This document shows positions 23,101 through 40,108 of a stretch of DNA of 64,000 nucleotides, piece by piece. The notes beneath the pieces were generated by a model, which ran no database searches, was not told where the DNA came from, and saw only the letters and a program-made list of their open reading frames with translations. The DNA lies in assembly GCA_000004695.1 (NCBI GenBank), contig CM000152.2, forward strand, positions 4,800,001 to 4,864,000. The letters run 5' to 3'. The translations under genes and the position numbers were made by a program. Numbering within the stretch: the stretch's first letter is position 1; the number at the start of each line of letters is the position of its first letter. Source of the DNA: Dictyostelium discoideum. Taxonomy: Eukaryota.

Positions 23101-23774
23101 TTTTAGACCACTTAGAGACTGCTGTTTCAAAAATTTTTGGATCTGCAATTGATTTAAGATTTTCTGGAGACGATGTAATTAATTCAATCGAATGTAAAAG
23201 GGCAATCCATAAACTTAAAACAAACAATTATGTTAATGGAGATTTAGACCAACAACAACAACAACACAATTATATAACCAAAATAGATCAACTTTCAGAA
23301 CAATCAAAAGAACAAAACCAATTGATTGAAAACTTTAAATTGGATTTGAAAAATAAAACAAGTGAAATCGAAAAATTGGAAAAAGAAATTAAACAAAAGG
23401 ATAATAAGATTAAAGAAAAAGAAGAAAAAATAGAATTAATTGAATCACGAGTCTTAAATGAAGAAAAAGGAGGTGAAAAGGTATTGGAAGATCAAATAAT
23501 TTCCCTTAGAAATGATAAAAATACTTTATCCACCCAAATATTAAATTTGGAAGGTGATAAGAAATCTTTGGGTGTTCTTGTTATTAAATTGAATTCTGAC
23601 AAGACCGAGATTCAAAATGAAGTCAAAGAATTAAAAAGAAAAGTTCAGGAACTTGAAGATGCTCCAATCGCATTGATTCCAAATCCATTTGTTAAATGGG
23701 TCAAATCTTTCTATGTTGAAAAGAAATCTTGGTTTGTTGAAAATATTTATAAAATTTGGAATTGGTTTAAATAA
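19674..23774 (+). CDS. Kinesin with an N-terminal motor domain, a poly-Q/N/D-rich stalk and a hydrophobic transmembrane-like segment. Possibly Dictyostelium Kif9. Exons 19674..20007, 20077..20400, 20518..22959, and a proposed fourth exon 23107..23774.
   Basis: Motor motifs: IRVVCRVRPL; P-loop GQTASG|KTFTM split by intron 1 (GTTAGT..ACAG); SSRSHS (switch I) just after intron 2 (GTATGT..117 bp..AAAAG, length a multiple of 3); LVDLAGSE (switch II). Hydrophobic 23-aa stretch RRSWIIFTIILTITLVSSSLLCLYLP near aa 870. A GTTTGT donor sits 7 codons before the stop of the 22979 ORF. A TTTTAG acceptor at 23105-23106 opens a coding-like segment that is in frame (phase 1+2) with ORF 23322..23774 (coiled-coil, no own ATG before 23322). 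Exon 4 confidence about 0.45. Confidence 0.8.
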
Positions 23775-23939
23775 AACATGTTAATCAAATTTTAAAAAAA
23801 AAAATAATTAAAAAAAAAAATAAAAAAAAAAAAAAAAACCATTAACTATTTAGTAAACTACACAAAAAATAAAATAAAATAATATAAATAAAAAAAAATA
23901 AAAAAAGTAAAAAAAAATCAAATAATTCATTTTGGTAAA

Positions 23940-23973
<34 letters not shown>

Positions 23974-25160
23974 ATTATTTTGATTTAAAATTTATTTTGA
24001 TTTAAAATTTAAAAAAAAATAAAAATAATCAGAATCTAAAAAAAAAAAAATAATAATAAACAAAAAAAAAAATAAAAGTAATCAAAACCCAAAAAAGATT
24101 AATTCTCCATAAAAAAAAAAAAAATTCAGTGAAAAACAAATAATCTATAAAAAAAAAAAAATAACAAAAAAATTAAGCGTTGGCACAAAAAAAAATTTTT
24201 ACATTGGGCTATGTAAAAACTATGTATAAAAATTGGGCAAAATTACCCCTCTCGCAACAATTTTTTTTTTTTTGTGTTTTTATGCGTCTATCAAAATTTT
24301 TTTCAATTTTTTTTGAATTTTTTTTTTTACTTCTAAGTTGTTCGAGTTTTTGGTATGTGTATACACATTATTTGTTTACGATTTTTTTTTTTTTTTTTTT
24401 TTTTTTGTAAGGCAAAAATAAAATAAAAAAAAAAAAAATAAAATAAAAATAAAAAGATTTTAAAGACAGAACCCAAGTACACATATGATTATAAAGATAG
24501 CAAAAAAAAAAAAAAAATAATAATAATAAAAAGCAATAAAATAAAAAAAAAAAAAATAAAAAAAAAGAAAAAAAAAAAATAAAAAAAATAATAATAATAA
24601 TAATAAAAATAGATTTTTAAATGGTAGAAATAGTTTGGTATTTAGAAATTTACAATCTGATTGTAGAGAAATTTTAAAAAATCAACTACAATTTTTATTA
24701 TTCAAGTTGAAACCTTTATTTTTATTTGTTTAATTTATCCTTGACTAGGATATATTAAACAGTAGACATGGAGAATAGACTATGTGAAAATACAGATAAA
24801 AAATTTATTGGTTGCCAATTTTAAAAATTGATTAAAAATAAAAATACATCACCATATAAAAATCTTTTGAAAAAAATACACAATAATAATAAAAAAAATA
24901 ATACAACACAATAATAAATAAAATAATAATACAACAGGGCAAATAAAAAAATAAAATAACAAACCATCAGTCTTTTATCATCACTTTTTTTTTTTCCGTA
25001 AAAATTTTCGGTTTTTTTTTTTTTTTTTTTTTTTTCAGTCACTTTTTTTTTTTTTTTCGATTCCAAATTTTTTTTTTTTTAAAACACAATTAAAAATTAG
25101 TCACTAACCTTTCATTATCTCTATTATTTAGACAATCCTTATAAAATCTAAAACAACAAA

Positions 25161-25826
25161 ATGGTCTCTCTTAAATTACAAAAGAGATTAGCTGCCTCTA
25201 TTCTCAAATGCGGCAAAGGTAGAGTTTGGATCGATCCAAATGAAATTGCTGATGTTGCCATGGCCAACTCAAGTAAGTATTATATTTTTTTAAAAAATTC
25301 AAATCAATCAAAATCAAATAATTAGTAGTAAAAAAAACATAAAACTGATAATGAAATTATAAATTGAAAATTTATAGGAGATAACGTCCGTAGACTCATC
25401 GCTACCGGTTTCATCATGCGTAAACCAGTTGTTGTCCACTCTCGTTCACGTGCTAGAGAACACAACGCTGCCAAACGTTTAGGTCGTCACAGAGGTGCTG
25501 GTAACAGATTAGGTACCCGTGAAGCTCGTCTCCCATCCAAGATTCTTTGGATCCGTAGAATCAGAGTTTTAAGAAGACTCTTAAAGAAATACCGTGAAGC
25601 CAAGAAAATCGATAAACACTCTTACAGAGAGTTATACCTCAAAGCCAAAGGTAATGTCTTCAAGAACAAACGTACCTTAATTGAATACATCGTCAAATCT
25701 AAGACTGAAAAATTAAGAGAAAAACTCATCCAAGATCAAGCTCAAGCCCGTAGAAACAAGAACAAATCAATCAAAGACAGACGTGCTGCTAAATCTGCCG
25801 CCAAAGAAATTGTTTCATCAAACTAA
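25161..25826 (+). CDS. rpl19: 60S ribosomal protein L19 (eL19). Exons 25161..25272 and 25378..25826.
   Basis: [37 protein letters not shown] | [105 protein letters not shown]... is collinear with eL19. GTAAGT donor, TTTATAG acceptor. Confidence 0.95.
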
Positions 25827-26766
25827 AATAAATAATACAATCTTTTTTAATATTTTATTTAGATTTAAATTTATTTCCATTAATTATTATTCTTATCATT
25901 CCTAATTTTTATTTCCTTTTTTTATGTGATTGAATTTAAATGTTTTAGAGTTAAATCTTTTTTATTTTTTTTGAACAACTTATGTTTTTATAATTAGCTT
26001 TAAAGATACATTTGTAATTATTATAATGTTTTAATGATATTATTGTGTGTTATGAAACTTTTATTTTAAAAATTTATAAAAATAGTTGGGGAGTTGACAG
26101 TTTAATAATAATAATGGTTTTTTAAAACCAATTTCAAAATTAAAGAAATTATTTAATAGAATAATAATAATAATCATAAAAGATTTTAATAATAATTATA
26201 AAAGATTTTAATAATAATTATAAAGATTTTATTTAAACGAAAATAAAACAAATTCAAACTAACAACAAAAAAAAGAAAAAACTATTTTAATAATAACAAT
26301 GGCGATGAAAAAGAAATATCATGGTTTATAAAATATAAAAATGAAGAAGATTATAAAGAACTAAAAAAAAGTATTGGTAATAAAAAAGTGCAGCTATGGT
26401 TGTGGTTGGTGCAATCCACCAATTACTAGAAAAAGTAGAATTTTAAAATTATAAAAAATTTACAGAATATAAAAGATTGAACGTGGGTATGACATAAATG
26501 TGGAGGATTACCAAAAAAATAAATATTTATTTTTCTTAACAATTTTTATTATACAAAATTATTTAAATAATTTAATAAACTATTTTATAATTTTGTATAA
26601 TAAAAAATTAAATTAATTTCTATACATTTTTTTAAATTTCAGGTTTAATCCAAACAAAAATATTATTAAAATTATTTTATTTTTTTTTATTTTTTTTTTT
26701 TATTTATTTATTATTTATTTGTTTATTTTATTCTTTTTTTAATTTTTTTTTTTAGTTTAATAGTTT

Positions 26767-31443
<4,677 letters not shown>

Positions 31444-31534
31444 TTTATTTTATTATTTATTATTACTTTTTTTTTTTTTTATTATTATTTTTATTTATTT
31501 ATCTATCTATCTATCTATCTTTTTTTTTTATATT

Positions 31535-31663
31535 TTGTTTATTGTTTATTGTTTATTGTTTATTGTTTATTGTTTATTGTTTATTGTTTATTGTTTATTG
31601 TTTATTGTTTATTGTTTGTTGTTTATTGTTTATTGTTTATTGTTTATTGTTTATTGTTTATAA
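31535..31663. repeat. (TTTATTG)~18 heptamer minisatellite, preceded by (CTAT)5.
   Basis: Direct reading. Intergenic, upstream of the RasGEF 5' exon. Confidence 0.9.
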
Positions 31664-32305
31664 ATGATAGTAATTTTTTTTTTTTTTCTTTTTTTGATAT
31701 AGCATGCAACACAACATTTTTTTTTTTTTCCACTAAATATTTTAATTTTTATTATTTTATTTTAGATGTGTGTTTTTGAAATTGAATAAAAATCTATAAT
31801 TCGCAGTGTGTAATAGTAGTGTGTGCGTGACATCTTTATTTTTTTTTTTTTTAAAAAAAAAAAAAATTTTATTTGTTTAAAACACATACCTTGATCTACC
31901 ATTATTTTTTTTTTTTTTTTTTTTTTTGGTTTTTTTTTAAAAATTTTTTAATAGATTTATATACTAATATGTATCGAATATTATGTTCTATTTATATAAT
32001 TTATGTGAATATTAAAAATTTTATTATAAAATAAATAATTGTATTTTGATTGGTTTATTACTTTAATTTTTTTTATTTTTTATTTTTATTTTATTTTTTT
32101 TTTTTATTATTATTATTATTTATTAATTAATTGTTGATATTTATACAATTATTAATTTTATTTTACTATTGTTACAAAAAAGTTGGGTTTAGGGATAAAT
32201 TAATTGGATTTATTTTTTTATTTCTATTATTATTGTAAAAAAAAAAATAAAAAAAAATAATAAGGTTTTTTTTTTTTTTCAATTGTTTTGATTTGTATTA
32301 TGAGG

Positions 32306-32342
<37 letters not shown>

Positions 32343-32443
32343 AAAATTTAAAGAAAAAAACTGCAAAATTTTGGGAGAGATTCGTTTATAAAATTTTAAA
32401 ATTTTAATACAGTCAAAGTAAATTTTTTTTTTTTCTTTTTTTT

Positions 32444-32481
<38 letters not shown>

Positions 32482-33440
32482 TTTTTTTTTAAAAAAAAAA
32501 AATAAATAATTTTTTCCGATGTTATTATGTGAAATGATGGGAAAACCTATTATCTATTTGTATCTATTTTTAAAAAAAAAAAAAAAAAAAAAATTATATA
32601 CACACACAATGAAACTTTTTATAAATATCTTTTTTTGATTTTTTTTATTTTTTTTTAATTTTTTTTTTTGATTTTTTTTTTTTGTGGTTGGACAAGGCCA
32701 ATTGCAATTGTGTGATTGGAAGAAAAAAAAAAAAAAATAAAAATAAAAAATAATAAACTATATACAATATTTTTTTTATTTTTTTTATTTTTTTTATAGA
32801 ATATTCTTTTTTTTTTTTTGTACAATAAATTTTTTTTTTTTTTTTACAATATTCTTTTTTTTTTTTTTTTTTTTGTTTAGAAGAAAAATAAAAAAAAAAA
32901 AAAAAAAAAAAAGGGAAAAATAAAAAAATAAAAAATATTTTATTTGGCAGAAAATTCTATAGAAATAGTTTCTTTAGTTCTGATTATAAATCAATAATTA
33001 AAAATTTTTTCAAAAAAAAATAAAAAAAAAAAAAATATAAAAATAAAAATCTAATTTTAAAAAATTTAAAAAAAAAAAAAAATTTAAAGATTTAAAATTA
33101 ATATAAAAAAATAAAATAAAATGGATCTTTTCATTTAATTCTTTTTATTTTTTATTTTATTTTCTTTATATTTTTTGTTAATTTTTCATTTTTATTACTT
33201 TTATTCTTTTTTTTTTTTTTATTTTTTTATTTTCAATTTATTTTATTTAAAACAAATATTGAGCTTGGATAGAAATTAATTAATAACAAAACTAGTTTTG
33301 TTTTTGGGATTTTTAAAACCATTTTTTAATTTTTTTTATTTTTTTTTTTTATTTTTTTTTATTTTTTTTTTTATTTTTTTTTTAATTTTTTTTTTTTTTT
33401 ATTAATTTTTTGTTTTTTTCCAAAAACTTTAAATAACACA

Positions 33441-34541
<1,101 letters not shown>

Positions 34542-34793
34542 TTTAAATAAATAAATAAATAAATAATAAATAATTGTGCAATATAAGAAATAATTCTTTC
34601 CTTTTTTTTTTTTTTTCTTTTTTTTTTTTTTTTAGTCATTAACGCATTCAATAACTAATAGGCTTTTATGGATTTTAATTTTAAAAATATAATACCAAGT
34701 TACTTCCATTTTTTTTATTTTATAAAAGAAACAAAATTTTTTTAAAATTATCAATCACTTTTTTTTATGGGTTTTAGATAAAATCTATTCCTA

Positions 34794-34826
<33 letters not shown>

Positions 34827-35696
34827 CAAAATCTTTAAGTTTTATTTAATTAAATGCCTGATGAGTCATTGTTGGTCCAATACTCTACAAAAATAATAAT
34901 AATAAAAAATTGATAAAAAAATAAATCAGGTTGTATTGGAAATAATCATTTTTATTAGATAGGGTTATTATTATTTTTTTTTTTATTTCTTATATTTAAT
35001 CTTTCAATTTTTTTTTTTTTTTTTTTTTTTAATTTCCTTCCATATGTTAATATTTTTTATTTTTTTTTATTTTAAACTCATTTTAATAAATAAATAAATA
35101 AATAATAATTAAATAATTAAAATAGATAATCCAAAAAAAAAAAAAAAAAATTAAGATTAATAATTTTCTCTTATATTTTTTGTGTGGATATTATTCTTTG
35201 TTTTTGGAAAATAAGTTGAACGACAAGAATTATTTTTTTCATAATTCTGTAAAGATAATTTATTTATCCAAAAAAAGGTTACCTAAAAAAATTTTGAAAT
35301 TTTTTTTTTTTCATTCAATAACATTTAAGTATAGATTACAGATAAACATTAAAACAATCAATATTTTTTATTTTCCATTTTTTATTTATTTTTTTTTAAT
35401 TTTTATTTATTTTTTATTTTTTTTTTTTTTTTTAAAATTTTCGTTCGTCAAACGAAAACTTTTCTAAAAAACGAATTTTTTTAATTTTTTTTTTTTTTTT
35501 TTTTTTTTTTTTCTTGATTAATAATATTAATACTACTAATAGTATTAATAATAATTTTTGTACATAGATTAAAATAAACAAACAAAATCGAAAAAAATAA
35601 TAAATAAAAAAATCAAAAGTTTTAAAATCCAAATTTGAAAATCCAAAAAAAAAAAAAAAAATAGTTCAATATATAAAAAATAGATATAAATAAAAA

Positions 35697-36670
35697 ATGT
35701 TAAGAAGAAATGCACGTTTAAGACAAGAATATTTATATAGAAAGAATTTAGAAGGAGCAGATAAAGAAGATTATGAAAAAAAGAGAAGAATTAAGAAAGC
35801 GTTGGATGAAGGTAAACCAATTCCAACTGAATTGGTTGATTTTGAATTTAAACATAGAGATGAGATGAAATTAGATAAATTAGATGGTAATAGACCAAAA
35901 TCAATTGATGATGAATATGCACGTGCAGGTATTCAAGATCCAAAAGTATTAGTTACAACAAGTAGAGAACCAAGTTCACGTTTAATTCAATTCACAAAGG
36001 AATTAAGAATGTTATTCCCAAATTCTCAAAAAATGAATAGAGGTGCACATGTCGTCAAAGAATTGGTTGATGCATGTCGTGCCAATGATGTAACCGATTT
36101 GGTAATTGCACATGAACATCGTGGTGAACCAGTTGGTTTAGTAATTTCTCATTTACCATATGGTCCAACTGCTTATTTTGAAATTAAAAATTGTGTTATG
36201 ATTCATGATATCGATGAAGCAACACCACCATCTTTAGCTTTTCCACATTTAATTTTTCATAATTTTACAACTCCATTAGGTGAAAGAGTAATTATTAATA
36301 ATAACAATTAATATTTATAATATATATATATATTTATTTTTAAAAATTAATAATACTAATATTTTTTTTTTTTTTTTTTTTTTTTTTATTAATTAAATTT
36401 AGACCGAAAATATATTAAAATATTTATTCCCAGTACCAAAGGATGATAGTAGAAGAGTTGTTACATTTTCAAATGATAATGATTTCATTTCATTTAGACA
36501 TCATATTTATGAAAAGGATGGTTATAAAAATGTAATTTTAAAGGAAATTGGTCCAAGATTTGAATTAAAACTTTATAAAATTCAATTGGGTACTCTTGAT
36601 CAAGATGAAGCTGACCTTGAATGGGTATACAAACCATACATGAATAGTACAAAGAATAGATTATTCCTTT

Positions 36671-36672
<2 letters not shown>
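35697..36672 (+). CDS. imp4: U3 snoRNP protein IMP4 (Brix domain). Exons 35697..36287 and 36403..36672.
   Basis: MLRRNARLRQEYLYRKNLEG...VLVTTSREPSSRLIQFTKELRMLFPNSQKMNRGAHVVKELVDACRANDVTDLVIAHEHRGEPVGLVISHLPYGPTAYFEIKNCVMIHDI... | TENILKYLFPVPKDDSRRVVTFSNDNDFISFRHHIYEKDG...IGPRFELKLYKIQLGTLDQDEADLEWVYKPYMNSTKNRLFL* is collinear with human and yeast IMP4. GTAATT donor, TTTAG acceptor. Confidence 0.9.
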
Positions 36673-36743
<71 letters not shown>

Positions 36744-36895
36744 TAGTTAAGTGTAGTATCAAAACCAAATATTTAAAATTTTTTTTTAAGAATTATTGCT
36801 AATTAAAAACAAATAAAATATTTAAAATTTTTTATGTTTTTTTATTTTAATATTAAAATCAAATAAAATATAATTAAATTTTATTTAGATTTTCT

Positions 36896-38094
36896 TTAAT
36901 ATACTTCGTTTGATAAGAAAATATTTTTTATCTTACCATTAAATTTCTTTTCAATTATTTTATTTTTTTCATGAACCAATTCAAAATTTAAGATTATTTC
37001 ATTATCTTTCTTGGTTTTTTCTATTAGCTTTCCACTTTTATAACTGTTTTTATCCTTATTTTTAATAATATAAAGAAGACCCTTTTGAAAATCTTTAAAT
37101 AATTTAACTAATTTTAATTTTGAACTTTGAATGTTACAGAATGGGATTTTTTCTTTAAAACCAATTGGAAATTTAACAGTTGCGGAACCAGTACTGGTAT
37201 CAGTTTTAATTATTTCTGACATAAACCAGAATACTTTTTTATCTTCTTCAACTTCATCTTCAAGAAGTGAGGAGGTTCTTACAAGAACATTCTCCTTAGC
37301 TTTGAAAGTGTCATATGTAACATTGGGGGACATTATTAAATTTTTAGTCTCTAAAGGCTCGGATAAAAAAAAAATAAGGCAAAACTGCTTTAGATATTGC
37401 GATGCAGCCTCTGTACTATTTAATATTATAACATTTTCAAATGATTTCCCAGCAGCTATAGATATATTAAAAGATCCAGTCCAAACAGTTTTTGGCTCAA
37501 TTTTACCATTTTCAAATGAACCAAAAACAATAAATTTGTTATGCATACGAGAAATATATTCTGAAGGATTTGTTTGAATTTTTCCGCATACTCGAACCGT
37601 ATCTTCTTCAAAATTTAAAGAGTTCCAGTCAACTATTTTTTTTAGGCAAAATTCATTTCCATACTCCTTAAATATTTTAAGGTAATCTTTCTTTTCTAGA
37701 TCATCCATATTATTCAAATTGGAGTATTTTGTCATTAGTTTTGTATTTTTAATTAACCATGGCTCTTTCAATATCACAATTAATATTCTCACTCCTTTAT
37801 TCTTTGCCAATTTTAATTTTTTTAAAATGTCTAAATTTGTAAACCAAGCAACACAAAATAAAATAAAGTCTCCTTTTTTGGAATTGTCAATTAGGTTAAT
37901 TAGTTCATTAGTTATTCCATGGAATAGACATTTAACACTTTGAGTGTCTTCAATAATTGTTCCTGTAATATTTTATAATATTTGGATTAGTATTTTTTTT
38001 TTATTTTATTTTTATTTTTATTTTTATTTTTTTTACCTCCAACATTAATTTCGGCTTTAAAGTAATTATTTTTAAAAATATTTAAATCATCCAT
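36896..38094 (-). CDS. Phospholipase D-like (single HKD-type, Nuc/Zucchini-like fold) domain protein with an uncharacterised C-terminal half. Exons 38037..38094 and 36896..37962.
   Basis: Exon 1 MDDLNIFKNNYFKAEINVG has a GTAAAA donor. TATTACAG acceptor, phase 1. N-terminal block KKGDFILFCVAWFTNLDILKKLKLAKNKGVRILIV resembles the first strands of Nuc/Zucchini (...IAMYSFT...L..A..RGV.VRVLLD). HNKFIVFGSFENGKIEPKTVWTGSFNIS resembles the H-x-K-x4-D...GSxN motif, but with G at the Asp position and a longer spacer. No TM segment. Confidence 0.55.
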
Positions 38095-38297
38095 TTTAAT
38101 AAATAGAAAGAATAGATACAAAAAATAAAAAGTTTTAAAATAAAAATAAATTTTATGTAAAAATGAAAAGTTGGTGTAAATATTTTTATTTTTTTTATTT
38201 TTTTAATTTTTAAATTTTTTTTTTTTTTTTTAATTTTCCCAGATTTTAATTTTTATAAATAAAAAATACCAATAATATATAATTATTATAATAATAA

Positions 38298-38328
<31 letters not shown>

Positions 38329-38379
38329 TAAAAATTAATAACAAAGTATTAAGGTAAGAGGTAGTGATTTGGTTATTTA

Positions 38380-39022
38380 AAATAATTACCCAAGATTGGA
38401 AAGCTATCATGTTTACGAATAATTTAACCACATGACTTTTGCTTTTACCAGAGTAGTAATTTTTTTTGGATTTGGTAATCAGTGGGAGTTTCAATAACAA
38501 TAGAGGTAGATTCAGCAGCAATTGCACGATAAAGCACATTAGATATAGGATGTTTTAAAAAGCCAACTGATTCAACAAGTTATCATATCTCTTTTCCATT
38601 ATTTCCTTGCATACAACTCAAAGTGAACGAATGGTTTGGCTATAGTGATTTTGAAATGTTTTTGGACTAATACCAAAAGTAACACATATCTCATTAATTG
38701 GAAGATATTGTTTCCACCACAAGAGAGTCTAACACAAAAAAAAAAATAAAAAAAAAATAATGTTATTAATTTATTCATTTTCAACATTTATTTTTATTTT
38801 TTATTTTTATTTTTATTTTTATTATTATATTTATTTTTTATAGTTTTATTTTAATATTAAACACCCACACAAATTATATGTTTATCTTTAGTACGTTTTT
38901 CTTTAAGTTCTTCATTTTCATTAATTAAATTTAATAATTTATCTATAATATCAGGTTCTAATCCAAAAGAATACAACATTAAATTTGGTTGAGTCATTTG
39001 CTTTTTTCTTGGTCAAGAGTTT
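38380..39022 (-). pseudogene. Degenerate transposase-like remnant. HTH-like and other fragments are spread over three frames.
   Basis: Minus-strand fragments: MTQPNLMLYSFGLEPDIIDKLLNLINENEELKEKRTKDKHIICVGV* (38880..39010). LLWWKQYLPINEICVTFGISPKTFQNHYSQTIRSL* is a helix-turn-helix-like block typical of transposase N-termini (about 38600..38705). ...KKNYYSGKSKSHVVKLFVNMIAFQSWVII... is in a third frame (38246..38539). No single frame is open across them. Three ~45-bp tandem repeats directly flank the 5' side. Confidence 0.3.
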
Positions 39023-39032
39023 ACCATTTTTT

Positions 39033-39165
39033 TTATTAAAAGAAGGAAATAATTATGAATTTATTTATTTTTTTTATTGATAGAAGGAGATAATTATGAA
39101 TTTTTTTTTTTTTTTTTTTTTTATTAATAGAAGGAAATAATTATGAATTTATTTATTTAATTAAA
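39033..39165. repeat. Tandem repeat, 3 copies of about 45 bp: ATTAA(A/T)AGAAGGA(A/G)ATAATTATGAATTT + T-run.
   Basis: Direct reading: attaaaagaaggaaataattatgaatttatttatt / attgatagaaggagataattatgaatttttt / attaatagaaggaaataattatgaatttatttatt. Immediately adjacent to the transposase-like fragment. Confidence 0.8.
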
Positions 39166-40041
39166 AAAACAACACTTAAAAAAAAAAATTTAAAGAAATA
39201 TTTAACATCCCGATTAACATAATTAAATTTTATGTAAAAATTTTTACCCCTTCACATAATAATTTTTTTTTTCCTCAAGTCAAAAAATTATAATATTGGT
39301 ATTTTTTATTTTTTATTATTTTATTATTTTTTTTTCTAGATATATCTTTACCTAATTTTGTAAGCTCCAACCGTGTGTATGTGGAAAACTTTTTTTTTAA
39401 AAATTAATCATTTTAAAATAATTTCAACATACCGAGGAAATTTGGATAATTTAAACAAAATCGTCTTAATATTCTGTATGTTAGCTGATCTTCAAGAAAC
39501 ATATAATGATGGTTTTGGCATTGAATTCGACAAAGATAAACTTAAAGAAATAAAAGAAAAAGAACAGTGTTTGTTGTTAAATAAAATAACTAAAATATAA
39601 AAAAAAAGGGATGAATAAAAAATAAAAAATTAAAATCTGGGATAACAAAAAAAAAAAAAAAATAAAAAAATAAAAATATTTACACCAACATTTCATTTTT
39701 TCATAAAAGTTTAAATATTAAAAAAAAAAATCTTGGAGGAAAAAAAAAAAATTAAATTTAATATAATCCATTAATATAATCCTTTATATTTACCCAGTCA
39801 TTGCACCAGCCAAGCCATAATTTTATTAATAGTTTTTGGGTTTTTTTGGAATTCAAAAAAATCTTTTTCAAGAAAAGCCATAATTATTTTTGTTGGCTTT
39901 GATAAATTTTAAATTCATTTTAGATTTATTAAAAATGAAACTATTTTATATTTTATTATTTATTATTTTTAATTTAAAATATTTAAAATGCAATATATAT
40001 AATAATAAATAAATTTTTTTTCTAAATAAAATACAATGTTA

Positions 40042-40072
<31 letters not shown>

Positions 40073-40108
40073 TATTTGAGATTATATATATATTTTTTTT
40101 AAAATTAA

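Noticed and set aside
24180-24420. Slightly GC-richer block (agcgttggcacaaaa...attgggc...attgggc...acccctctcgcaacaa)
   Set aside because: No ORF, no cloverleaf-compatible structure, and no DUSE-like motif at the right distance. Probably promoter or UTR sequence of rpl19. Too weak to call.
39373-39600. 75-aa ORF (MCMWKTFFLKINHFKIISTYRGNLDNLNK...) and a 27-aa minus ORF at about 39800-39880
   Set aside because: No recognisable domain and no splice context. Composition is only marginally coding-like. Could be real small genes, but I cannot support them.
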